Shown here: positions 7,867 to 15,317 of the stretch, piece after piece | Layout of the letters: each line of letters starts with the position of its first letter | Position numbering within the stretch: position 1 is the stretch's first letter | Virus record (IMG/VR): IMGVR_UViG_3300009774_000187 | Origin: a virus | DNA length: 21,657 nt | Reading direction: 5' to 3' (one strand) | The notes under the pieces: model-generated | The model's database searches: none | Told to the model about the DNA's origin: nothing | What the model saw: only the letters and a program-made list of their open reading frames with translations | Made by a program: the position numbers and the translations under genes

Positions 7867-8430
7867 ATGATGGAGAGAGTACAATTTGATAAACTGGAAA
7901 TTGCAGAGCAGCTGCAGTATATAAATCAGAATTTAAAAACAAGCACACTAACAAACATATGTGAGGAAATTGGAATAGGTAGGACCACAATAAGGGATAG
8001 ATTTTACAAAGAATCGTATATATTTGATAAATACTTGAAGCAGTATATAAAAGATAGTGAATATAAACATAATACAAGTGTATTACAAGTTGCTGCAACC
8101 AAGTTACCGCCAGGAGAATATAAACGTAATACAAGTATATTCAACTCAAAAGATGCCCAAAATAAGATTTTAGATATATTAGAAAAACATGATAACATAC
8201 ATGAAATGTTGGAATGGTTTAACAAGCAAAAAAACGTCATAGAAGTAGATCTAAATGAATTGAAAATTGATAATGCTAATCTTCAGGGAGAAATAAAAGT
8301 TACTACTGTAAGATTATATAATGATGTTTGGGAGCAATTTAGAACTTTTATGGGCGAATATAGTGAATTTAAAAGTATGGATTTAATAAGTATGGCATTG
8401 TTAGAATATATGCACAAATATAAAAAATAA
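7867..8430 (+). CDS. DNA-binding regulator, plasmid-type replication/copy-control or partition protein
   Basis: 187 aa; N-terminal HTH (LTNICEEIGIGRTTIRDRFYKESYIFDKYLKQYI), C-terminal RHH-like VRLYNDVWEQFRTFMGEYSEFKSMDLISMALLEYM. RBS GAGGTG. Confidence 0.55.
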   Translation: MMERVQFDKLEIAEQLQYINQNLKTSTLTNICEEIGIGRTTIRDRFYKESYIFDKYLKQYIKDSEYKHNTSVLQVAATKLPPGEYKRNTSIFNSKDAQNKILDILEKHDNIHEMLEWFNKQKNVIEVDLNELKIDNANLQGEIKVTTVRLYNDVWEQFRTFMGEYSEFKSMDLISMALLEYMHKYKK

Positions 8431-8474
8431 GGAGAAAAAAGTCTATTATATGGGTTATAATCAAAAATGTGTGA

Positions 8475-8505
8475 TAAAATAATAAAAGAGTGCTGTTAAC
8501 ACTCT
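8475..8505 (-). terminator. Rho-independent terminator on the minus strand
   Basis: AGAGTG (8505-8500) loop TTAACAG, CACTCT (8492-8487) followed by TTTATTATTTT when read on the minus strand. The plus strand has no T-run after the stem. Confidence 0.6.
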
Positions 8506-8532
8506 AAAAATGGGGTTGCTATTCATTCATAT
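8480..8532 (-). ncRNA. Predicted countertranscribed (antisense) RNA to the Rep leader
   Basis: Minus-strand TTGCAT (8568-8563) - 18 nt - TATACT (8544-8539), then minus-strand terminator AGAGTG-TTAACAG-CACTCTTTTATTATTTT (8505-8475). Confidence 0.45.
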
Positions 8533-8577
8533 ACATATAGTATAAACGATAGTGGCCCTCTTATGCAATAAGGAGGG
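8512..8577 (+). promoter_or_regulatory. Rep leader with two mutually exclusive stems, one sequestering the RBS
   Basis: Stem A: GGGGTTGCTAT (8512-8522) pairs with ATAGTGGCCCT (8549-8559). Stem B: CCCTCTTAT (8556-8564) pairs with ATAAGGAGGG (8568-8577), loop GCA, burying the RBS of the gene at 8588. Confidence 0.6.
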
Positions 8578-8587
8578 ATAAATTAAA

Positions 8588-9010
8588 ATGGATGATGAAG
8601 TTAAGCAATTTAAAAGCCTAGTTGAAAGTGGCTTATCAGGAGTTTACAAGAAAACATTCTTTGTAATGGCTGAAAATAACTTTATAAAAAATCCTAAATA
8701 CACAACTAATCAAAAAATGGTTTATTTATGCCTATGTACATATGCTGGAGCAGTTAGCAGTTGTTTCCCAAGCAAAGAAACTATATCAAAAGATTTAAAT
8801 CTTACAACTAAAACAGTTTATACAATATTAAAGCAACTAGAAGAATTACGAGCAATAATAATAGTTAACCAGATAACCGAAAATAATAGAATGACTAGCA
8901 ATTTGTATATTTTATCTGATATTGATAAGAATACTGGTGACTTTATTCCTGAAAGCATTGAAAAGTTTAAAGAATTATCTAATGGTTTTGTTAGGGTTAA
9001 AGGTAAATAG
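8588..9010 (+). CDS. Plasmid-type replication initiator-like HTH protein
   Basis: 140 aa; winged-HTH region NPKYTTNQKMVYLCLCTYAGAVSSCFPSKETISKDLNLTTKTVYTILKQLEELRAIIIVNQ. Iterons begin at its stop codon. Confidence 0.6.
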   Translation: MDDEVKQFKSLVESGLSGVYKKTFFVMAENNFIKNPKYTTNQKMVYLCLCTYAGAVSSCFPSKETISKDLNLTTKTVYTILKQLEELRAIIIVNQITENNRMTSNLYILSDIDKNTGDFIPESIEKFKELSNGFVRVKGK

Positions 9011-9102
9011 GGTATCGGTAAATTTTACCGAGGGTATAAGTAAAATTTACCGATAGGGTATAAGTAAAATTTACCGATAGGGTATAAGTAAAATTTACCG
9101 AC
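9009..9102. repeat. Iteron array (4 units, 22-24 bp), candidate replication origin
   Basis: AGGGTATAAGTAAAATTTACCGAt at 9031, 9055 and 9079, plus variant AGGGTATCGGTAAATTTTACCG at 9009-9030. Confidence 0.9.
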
Positions 9103-9188
9103 TAATTATATTCAAAGAAGAACTATATTTAAAGAAGAAGTATATCCAAAGAAGAAGATACAAAAACCTTGCCGTTTCATCCCATTTT

Positions 9189-9226
9189 AAAAGAGCTATA
9201 ATCTATTTTATAGTTCTTTTATTTAT
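9189..9226 (+). terminator. Terminator / hairpin downstream of iterons
   Basis: AAAAGAGCTATA / TATAGTTCTTTT (12-bp stem with one G.U) followed by ATTTATTTT. Confidence 0.7.
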
Positions 9227-9504
9227 TTTATAAAAGCTTACAATATCCCTCTTAAAAACAATAAAAATAACGTATTTGATTTAAAAGACTATAGTAAACA
9301 TTAATTTAATATACTTTTTTTAATTAAATTAAACTTAAATGATAAAAATATCTAGTTACTTGTAAATATGTATCGAACATCTGTATATACATTTAATAAA
9401 TTGTTTTATAAAAGCGATAAAAAGGGTATGTCTATATAATTACAACCCACTAAAATATGTTATAATATAAGCGAACTGACATTCTTATTAAAGGGGGTCT
9501 ATTA

Positions 9505-9621
9505 GTGACAGATTTAGAAATTAAACTACTGACATTTAAAAATAAAACAGAAATTGACCTTACAAATGTTTCAATAATTAATATTATCGATTACATAAAA
9601 AAAGAGACTATAATTACTTAG
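9505..9621 (+). CDS. 38-aa small protein, convergent with repressor
   Basis: GTG start with RBS AAGGGGG; VTDLEIKLLTFKNKTEIDLTNVSIINIIDYIKKETIIT; ends inside the shared terminator. Confidence 0.35.
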   Translation: MTDLEIKLLTFKNKTEIDLTNVSIINIIDYIKKETIIT

Positions 9622-9637
9622 TCTCTTTTTTATTTTT
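9598..9637. terminator. Bidirectional terminator between converging genes
   Basis: AAAAAAGAGACTA-TAATTACT-TAGTCTCTTTTTT, with A-run and T-run flanks. Confidence 0.85.
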
Positions 9638-10009
9638 CAGATCATGTTTTAATGCTGCTATAATCATATCTGTTATTTCAATTGGTATATTATTAATATC
9701 ATTAATAATACCCTCTTTTAGCAATTCATTTACTAATTTCACAGTAAAGCTATGCACCTCGTCAGTATTATCTTTTATATTATTATCATGTATCAATGGG
9801 TTTCTAGTATCACTTACACCTATCATATAATCTATAGAAACATCGAAGTATTCAGCTAACTGTTTCAATACATCCTGTGATGGTTCTCTTGTCTCGTTTT
9901 CCCAGCTGCTTATAGTGCTTTTACTAAAATTAAATTTTTTACCCAATTCTATACCATTTAAATTGTGTTCTAATCTTAGAAGTTTTAATCTATTACCAAA
10001 TGTATTCAT
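9614..10009 (-). CDS. Phage repressor, XRE family (CI-like)
   Basis: 131 aa; N-terminal HTH LKLLRLEHNLNGIELGKKFNFSKSTISSWENETREPSQDVLKQLAEYFDVSIDYMIG. Confidence 0.85.
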   Translation of the reverse strand: MNTFGNRLKLLRLEHNLNGIELGKKFNFSKSTISSWENETREPSQDVLKQLAEYFDVSIDYMIGVSDTRNPLIHDNNIKDNTDEVHSFTVKLVNELLKEGIINDINNIPIEITDMIIAALKHDLKNKKETK

Positions 10010-10069
10010 TTCACACCTCTTTCACAACTCTTTTATTATATAGTATATGCAATAAAATGAAATCCTATT

Positions 10070-10150
10070 CTACAAAATGAAATAAAGTTTACAATATGTA
10101 AAAAAAAGTTTTAAAAACATGTTGACAGTATACAAAATGTAGATTATACT
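10070..10150 (+). promoter_or_regulatory. Lysogeny-switch promoter and operators
   Basis: TTGACA (10122-10127) - 17 nt - TATACT (10145-10150). Operator-like TACAAAATGa (10071), TTTACAATATGTAAA (10088-10102), TACAAAATGTA (10131-10141). Confidence 0.8.
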
Positions 10151-10272
10151 ATGAATATAGCAAGTCGACAAATACACAACTTAACAGTATATGCATAAAT
10201 ACAACGCAGTATACCAAACACTTCAAATAAATATACCGCAATGGTATAAAAAATAACACAAGGAGGAAAAAC

Positions 10273-10479
10273 ATGAATTACAATTTAATAGGATATAGAA
10301 ATATGTTAAGACTATCCCAAGAAGCTATGGGAGCTAAGATAGGCATGTGTAGAGATAGTTATCAAAAGAAAGAAAATGGAAAACTAGATTTCACACAAAC
10401 TGAAATAGAAAACATTATGAAGATATTAAAAGAAAAAAAACCATTATTAACAATAGAAGAAGTTTTTTTAAGAGAATAG
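10273..10479 (+). CDS. Cro-like / XRE family HTH regulator
   Basis: 68 aa; LIGYRNMLRLSQEAMGAKIGMCRDSYQKKENGKLDFTQTEIENIMKIL; divergent from the repressor; RBS GGAGG. Confidence 0.7.
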   Translation: MNYNLIGYRNMLRLSQEAMGAKIGMCRDSYQKKENGKLDFTQTEIENIMKILKEKKPLLTIEEVFLRE

Positions 10480-10518
10480 TCTACAAAATGTAAACTTAAA
10501 TTAAAGGAGAGTAGATTT

Positions 10519-11238
10519 ATGAATAATTTACAAATACTAAATCAAAATGGACAACTTGTAGTAAGCAGCAGAACGGTAGCGGAAAACTTTGAAAGAGAAC
10601 ACAAAACAGTATTAAGATCTATTGAAGATATTAAAAATCAATTAGGCACAGCACAAAATTACGCCATGCTTTTTATAGAAAATGAATATGAAAATTTAAA
10701 CAATAGACAATACAAAGAATATTTACTAACTAGAGATGGATTTTCATTACTGGTGATGGGGTTTACAGGACCAAAGGCTCTTAACTGGAAACTAAAATAT
10801 ATTCAAGCATTTAATGAAATGGAGCAAACACTAAAAAATGGACAAGTTAAGTTATCTAAAGAACTTCAAGCAATAATAATGTTAGATCAAAAAAACACCG
10901 AAACAAATAATAGAATGGATAAATTAGAAAATGACATGCCATTGTTTAATATTGAATGTAAAGAGCTACAAGCACTAGTAAGAAAGATAGGTATAAAATC
11001 ACTAGGAGGATATAAAACACCTGCATACAAAGACAATTCATTAAGAACTAAGGTATATAAAGATATTCAAGGACAACTTAAAAGACAGTTTGGCATCAAC
11101 AGATATGAAGCAATTAAAAGAGTGCAAATAGATCCAGCAATAGAAACATTAGAAAATTATAAACTACCACTGTTTTTACAAGATGATATTACATTATTAA
11201 ATAATCAACTAGAAATACCATTCAGTGATTTAAATTAA
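10519..11238 (+). CDS. rha: Rha-family phage regulatory protein / antirepressor
   Basis: 239 aa; VVSSRTVAENFEREHKTVLRSIEDIK...YLLTRDGFSLLVMGFTGPKALNWKLKYIQAFNEME is the Rha signature; C-terminus ORF6C-like. Confidence 0.85.
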   Translation: MNNLQILNQNGQLVVSSRTVAENFEREHKTVLRSIEDIKNQLGTAQNYAMLFIENEYENLNNRQYKEYLLTRDGFSLLVMGFTGPKALNWKLKYIQAFNEMEQTLKNGQVKLSKELQAIIMLDQKNTETNNRMDKLENDMPLFNIECKELQALVRKIGIKSLGGYKTPAYKDNSLRTKVYKDIQGQLKRQFGINRYEAIKRVQIDPAIETLENYKLPLFLQDDITLLNNQLEIPFSDLN

Positions 11239-11255
11239 AAAGGAGGAACTTAAGA

Positions 11256-11396
11256 ATGAAAAGTCTGCAAGTAGTTATTATTATACCATTTGAAAATGAA
11301 GTAGAAAAGAAATGGCTCAAGAGAAAACATAAAAACTGTAAGCAGCAGAAAGTAGAAGTATTTGAGAATTATATAGTAGTTGAAAAACTATGTTAG
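11256..11396 (+). CDS. Small hypothetical protein (46 aa)
   Basis: MKSLQVVIIIPFENEVEKKWLKRKHKNCKQQKVEVFENYIVVEKLC; RBS AGGAGG. Confidence 0.5.
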   Translation: MKSLQVVIIIPFENEVEKKWLKRKHKNCKQQKVEVFENYIVVEKLC

Positions 11397-11407
11397 GAGT
11401 TGGGAAT

Positions 11408-11485
11408 ATGGAATATGTAGCAATAGTAACAGCTAGTTTTATATTTTTATTATTAGGACTAGCAAAGTTAATGGGAGTTGAATAA
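11408..11485 (+). CDS. 25-aa single-TM peptide
   Basis: MEYVAIVTASFIFLLLGLAKLMGVE; RBS-like TAGGAG upstream; TAA is immediately followed by the next ATG. Confidence 0.45.
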   Translation: MEYVAIVTASFIFLLLGLAKLMGVE

Positions 11486-11782
11486 ATGTTAGTTATTACA
11501 GATGCACCATTAAAATATGACAAGTATGGTAGGTTGCTATACAATGCAATGTTCCATGAAAAAAGCGGAACACCTTGGGCATATGATGACGAATGTTATT
11601 TAAAAGAATGGTATTACATTATAGGTCCAGAGGAAATGAGTTATGCACTTGAAAGGACTATGTCATCCATTATGGGTAAAGTAGCAAAATTAAATCAAGA
11701 AGGGATTATGGCAACTCCTTCAAGTAAAGTTAGAAAAAACAGAATAAAAAAGAACCCTTTACAGAGGGTCCAAGCTAAATAA
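11486..11782 (+). CDS. Early phage protein with possible Myb/SANT-like HTH
   Basis: 98 aa; DDECYLKEWYYIIGPEEMSYALERTMSSIMGKVAKLNQEG resembles the helix pattern of Myb-like HTH proteins. Confidence 0.5.
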   Translation: MLVITDAPLKYDKYGRLLYNAMFHEKSGTPWAYDDECYLKEWYYIIGPEEMSYALERTMSSIMGKVAKLNQEGIMATPSSKVRKNRIKKNPLQRVQAK

Positions 11783-11820
11783 TTCAATTACATTATATCA
11801 CAAAAAAACGGAGGTAAACT

Positions 11821-12192
11821 ATGAAAAAAGAAATAATTGCCTATATAACTGCTTTGTTAGATGTTTGTAATCACACAGTAAATATACCTATAACAGAGTG
11901 CCTAGATAACTTAATTGATTTCATAGAAGATATACCAGAAGAAAAAGAACAATCAATAAAAACCTTCAATATTGTATTAGAAAATCAGGATTTAAAACAA
12001 AGCAATGAAGAGCTGCTAAGCAGAATAACAGAATTAAATCAATTAGAAGAAGCTAATGAGTATCTGAAAAATATAAATGAAAACCTTTATAAGAAAGTTG
12101 AAAACCTAGAGATAGCTTTAAGTTTATCTAGAAGTGGAATGGATCCTATATTCAAAGAAAACTTAAAAAAAGTATTCGCAAGAATTAAATAA
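11821..12192 (+). CDS. Coiled-coil hypothetical phage protein
   Basis: 123 aa; C-terminal heptad-rich region LKQSNEELLSRITELNQLEEANEYLKNINENLYKKVENLEIAL. Confidence 0.55.
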   Translation: MKKEIIAYITALLDVCNHTVNIPITECLDNLIDFIEDIPEEKEQSIKTFNIVLENQDLKQSNEELLSRITELNQLEEANEYLKNINENLYKKVENLEIALSLSRSGMDPIFKENLKKVFARIK

Positions 12193-12216
12193 ATATTATA
12201 AGGAGGTACAAACATA

Positions 12217-12378
12217 ATGCAAAAGAGAATATGCCCTCAGTGTTTTACAAAATGGTTTTCTTCTGATACTTCAAAAGTTTGGAAGTGTGAAAGTTGTGGC
12301 CATGATATTCCAGTACCTAAAGAAAATGATTTAGGGAATAAATGCATATCACTTAATGAAAAGAGTAGTACGGAATAG
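12217..12378 (+). CDS. Small zinc-ribbon protein (53 aa)
   Basis: MQKRICPQCFTKWFSSDTSKVWKCESCGHDIPV...; two CxxC knuckles; RBS AAGGAGG. Not in the ORF track. Confidence 0.55.
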   Translation: MQKRICPQCFTKWFSSDTSKVWKCESCGHDIPVPKENDLGNKCISLNEKSSTE

Positions 12379-12411
12379 ATAAAAAGTGCGAAGCAAATTG
12401 GAGGTTAATCC

Positions 12412-12840
12412 ATGGTAAAAGAAATTATTAATGATTATAAATATACTGTGATAATAAGCCAATATTATCATGACCGACACTATGTAGTAGTTGAATTTAA
12501 CAAAGAAACATTTATAAAGCAAATGCAAAATTGCACTAAAGAATTAGATATGTATAAAAGCAATTTCCTTGGAAACATGAAAGATATAGAGAAAAGTGAT
12601 CCCTGGTATTCAGCACATCATGAAATAAGAAGTAGATATAACGTTAATTCTCATGGTGATATATATTTTTTAAATACATTCTTTGCTAATAGATCCCAAG
12701 AGCTTATACAGAAGGATATCAGAGACAGTAACTACGGTAGACAGGGATATAAAAAGAAAAAAGTTTTAGAGGATATAAGAAGTAATCATAGTTATAAAAC
12801 GGTATTCGAAATAATTGAGAAGCATTTTAAAATAGCATAG
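12412..12840 (+). CDS. Hypothetical phage protein (142 aa)
   Basis: RBS GGAGG 8-9 nt upstream; co-directional. Confidence 0.5.
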   Translation: MVKEIINDYKYTVIISQYYHDRHYVVVEFNKETFIKQMQNCTKELDMYKSNFLGNMKDIEKSDPWYSAHHEIRSRYNVNSHGDIYFLNTFFANRSQELIQKDIRDSNYGRQGYKKKKVLEDIRSNHSYKTVFEIIEKHFKIA

Positions 12841-12849
12841 GAGGTAATT

Positions 12850-13095
12850 ATGAATTTAAAAGATTTAGAAAAAGGTAAAGAAATACAATTAGGTATTAAA
12901 ATATGCAATGAAAAATTAAAACAGTATAACCGACTTGAAGCAGCAAAAGAAATCTATATATGTGACAACGATATTGGCACACCTCTCAACACACTTTATC
13001 TAACAGGAGATAAAAAAAAGGTAGTAATTAAAGCTGTTAAAGATATGGAATTAATAAAACTAAATGAATATATAGTTGAATTTGACAAGCTTTAG
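12850..13095 (+). CDS. Hypothetical phage protein (81 aa)
   Basis: RBS GGAGG; NLKDLEKGKEIQLGIKICNEKL... Confidence 0.5.
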   Translation: MNLKDLEKGKEIQLGIKICNEKLKQYNRLEAAKEIYICDNDIGTPLNTLYLTGDKKKVVIKAVKDMELIKLNEYIVEFDKL

Positions 13096-13142
13096 CTACT
13101 ACAAAATATGAATATATTATGACTTTAGAAAGGAGATAAATT

Positions 13143-13361
13143 ATGTTATATAAATTAAAATTACGATTATTAAAACTTATATTTAGTGATTTAGAAATAA
13201 AATTAATATTTAGTTCTTTGTATCAAACGGAAGATAAATACAGAGATAAGTATAATGACATATCCAACGAGCAACATTATCATAACAAAACAACTGATAA
13301 AAATATAAAAATACTAACTAATATTAGAGATATGTTTAATAAAGCCATTAGTCTTAAATAG
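13143..13361 (+). CDS. Hypothetical phage protein (72 aa)
   Basis: RBS AAAGGAG; co-directional. Confidence 0.45.
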   Translation: MLYKLKLRLLKLIFSDLEIKLIFSSLYQTEDKYRDKYNDISNEQHYHNKTTDKNIKILTNIRDMFNKAISLK

Positions 13362-13399
13362 TCGCAATGCAAAAAAATAATCAACCAGGAGGGCAATAA

Positions 13400-14263
13400 A
13401 TGAGCGATAGTAAAAAATATTATTACTTAAAGCTTAAAGATAACTTTTATGATAGTGAAGAAATAAAAATTCTTGAGGGTATGGAAAATGGTTATAAATA
13501 TACCACATTACTTTTAAAACTTTACCTCAGATCCTTAAAGCGTGAGGGTATGTTAAGAATAAATGAATTTATACCGTATGACGATAGAATGATTTCTTCT
13601 GTAACTGGTGTTGATTTAGACACTGTAAGAGTAGCAATTTCAATATTTGAAAAATTAAAGTTAATTGAGATATTGGAAGATGGCACCATTTACTTATTAA
13701 ACATACAAAATTATATAGGTGAAAGCAGCACTGAAGCCGATAGGATAAGGAAATACAGAAATACTATTTTAGAAAATAAACAGTTATTACTTGAAGAAAA
13801 TAACATAAACGTACAAATGTACGACAAACGTACACCAGAGATAGAGTTAGAGATAGAGAAAGAGTTAGAGATAGATTTAAAGATAGAGAAAAAAACAACA
13901 AAAAAAGGCTTTGATTCCATAATACATGATTATACCAACAATGAAGTTTTAATAAAAACAATATTAGAATTTATTAAAATGAGAAAGGCGATTAAATCAA
14001 CACTAACGGATTTTGGGTTACAAAAAATATTAATTAAACTAAATTCATTGACTGATGATGAAAGCAAAAAAGTAAGCATTTTAGAACAAAGTATTATGAA
14101 TAGCTGGAAAGGTATATTCCCAATAAAAAAAGAGGGTGCTAATACAAATGGATACTTTAAGCCGAATACTTCAGAGGGTAAAGGAAAATGGGCAGATTAT
14201 AAGCCAGGAGAATCAAACTCAAAACTTACAGATGCAGAAATGTCAGAACTTGACCTCATATAA
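13400..14263 (+). CDS. Phage replisome organizer (N-terminal domain family) / DnaD-like replication protein
   Basis: 287 aa; KKYYYLKLKDNFYDSEEIKILEGMENGYKYTTLLLKLYLRSLKREGMLRINE is characteristic. A DnaC-like gene follows. Confidence 0.85.
   Translation: MSDSKKYYYLKLKDNFYDSEEIKILEGMENGYKYTTLLLKLYLRSLKREGMLRINEFIPYDDRMISSVTGVDLDTVRVAISIFEKLKLIEILEDGTIYLLNIQNYIGESSTEADRIRKYRNTILENKQLLLEENNINVQMYDKRTPEIELEIEKELEIDLKIEKKTTKKGFDSIIHDYTNNEVLIKTILEFIKMRKAIKSTLTDFGLQKILIKLNSLTDDESKKVSILEQSIMNSWKGIFPIKKEGANTNGYFKPNTSEGKGKWADYKPGESNSKLTDAEMSELDLI
13810..13890. repeat. Short repeats inside the replisome organizer gene
   Basis: CGTACA-AA-TGTACG palindrome (13810-13823), CGTACA (13829-13834), then GAGTTAGAGATAGA-type direct repeats to 13890. 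Confidence 0.7.
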
Positions 14264-14957
14264 TTGCGATGAATGTAAGGATACAACTTTTATTATGAAA
14301 GAAAGTGAAGGTAGTCAATTAATTGCAACTAGGTGTAAATGCTATGAAGTTGATAAAGCTAAAAGATTGTGGGATGCAGCTGGTATAGATACAGAGCAAG
14401 CAAAACAAACATTTACTTCATTTATAACTTGGAATGCATCGTCAGTAAAGGCAAAGGAAACTGCAGCTATGTATTATAAAAAATTTGAAAATATAAAAGC
14501 ACAGAGAAGTAACAGCATAGCATTTATAGGACAAGTAGGATCAGGCAAAACACATTTAAGCATAGCTCTGGCAGTAAACTTTTTAAAGAAAGATGTATCG
14601 GTAGTGTACATGCCTTTCAGGGATGTAATAACAAAAATAAAACAAAATATGCTGGATGAAGAATACTACCAAAAGGAATTAAGCAAATATAAAAATGCAA
14701 AGGTGCTGCTTATAGATGATCTATTCAAAGGCAAAGTTACTGAGAGCGACATAAATATAATGTTTGAAATAATAAACCATAGATATTTAAATCACTTACC
14801 TATTATAGTTTCAAGCGAATTTGTAGCAGACAAGCTCTTAGATGTTGACGAAGCGGTTGGAAGTAGAATACTTCAGATGTGTAAAGAGTATACGGTCCAG
14901 ATAGAGGGCAGAGAAAACAACTACAGGCTAAAGGGAATAGTTAAAAATGGACAATAA
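14136..14957 (+). CDS. DnaC-like helicase loader (AAA+ ATPase)
   Basis: Walker A FIGQVGSGKTHLSIAL, Walker B KVLLIDDLFKG; CxxC/CxC Zn-binding N-terminus. The start may be ATG 14232 rather than 14136, which overlaps the upstream gene by 128 nt. Confidence 0.85.
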   Translation: MLIQMDTLSRILQRVKENGQIISQENQTQNLQMQKCQNLTSYNCDECKDTTFIMKESEGSQLIATRCKCYEVDKAKRLWDAAGIDTEQAKQTFTSFITWNASSVKAKETAAMYYKKFENIKAQRSNSIAFIGQVGSGKTHLSIALAVNFLKKDVSVVYMPFRDVITKIKQNMLDEEYYQKELSKYKNAKVLLIDDLFKGKVTESDINIMFEIINHRYLNHLPIIVSSEFVADKLLDVDEAVGSRILQMCKEYTVQIEGRENNYRLKGIVKNGQ

Positions 14958-15114
14958 AGCAATATGGACAAACGAAGAAATTGCAAAAGAAGTAAACAAG
15001 CTAATTAGTTACGCACAGGAAATGAAAGGCTTAACTAAATATACAGGTGGAGAAGTACCAAAGTTTCAAATGTTAAGTTTATGGGCCTATTACACTTTAA
15101 AAGAAAGAGAGTGA
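14947..15114 (+). CDS. Small hypothetical protein (55 aa)
   Basis: MDNKAIWTNEEIAKEVNKLISYAQEMKGLTKYTGGEVPKFQMLSLWAYYTLKERE; overlaps the dnaC-like 3' end. Confidence 0.4.
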   Translation: MDNKAIWTNEEIAKEVNKLISYAQEMKGLTKYTGGEVPKFQMLSLWAYYTLKERE

Positions 15115-15118
15115 GAAC

Positions 15119-15307
15119 ATGGAATTTTCAGAGTTAACCAGCCATGAAAAAGCTAAATACACTTTCAATGAAATTAAAAAGAAAAAGGCATCCACGAAAG
15201 CAGCAATCATAAAAGGACAAAAGGATGCAGATAACTTTACCTCAGATAATTATCATAGGATTAAAGCTAGACTTAGAGGATTTAAAAAAGTAAGTATAAA
15301 AGACTAG
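15119..15307 (+). CDS. Small hypothetical protein (62 aa)
   Basis: RBS-like GAGAG upstream; co-directional. Confidence 0.4.
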   Translation: MEFSELTSHEKAKYTFNEIKKKKASTKAAIIKGQKDADNFTSDNYHRIKARLRGFKKVSIKD

Positions 15308-15317
15308 GAGGGTGTAA

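Noticed and set aside
7823-8134. Minus-strand 103-aa hydrophobic ORF over the regulator promoter
   Set aside because: Tyr/Leu-rich translation of AT-rich repeats, overlaps a supported plus gene, and has no good RBS.
9009-9102. Iteron array considered as a CRISPR
   Set aside because: Units are directly contiguous with no unique spacers, so this is a tandem iteron array.
13764-13961. Minus-strand ORF (LSLSLNLSLTLSLSLTLSL)
   Set aside because: Artefact of the purine-rich repeats in the replisome organizer gene.
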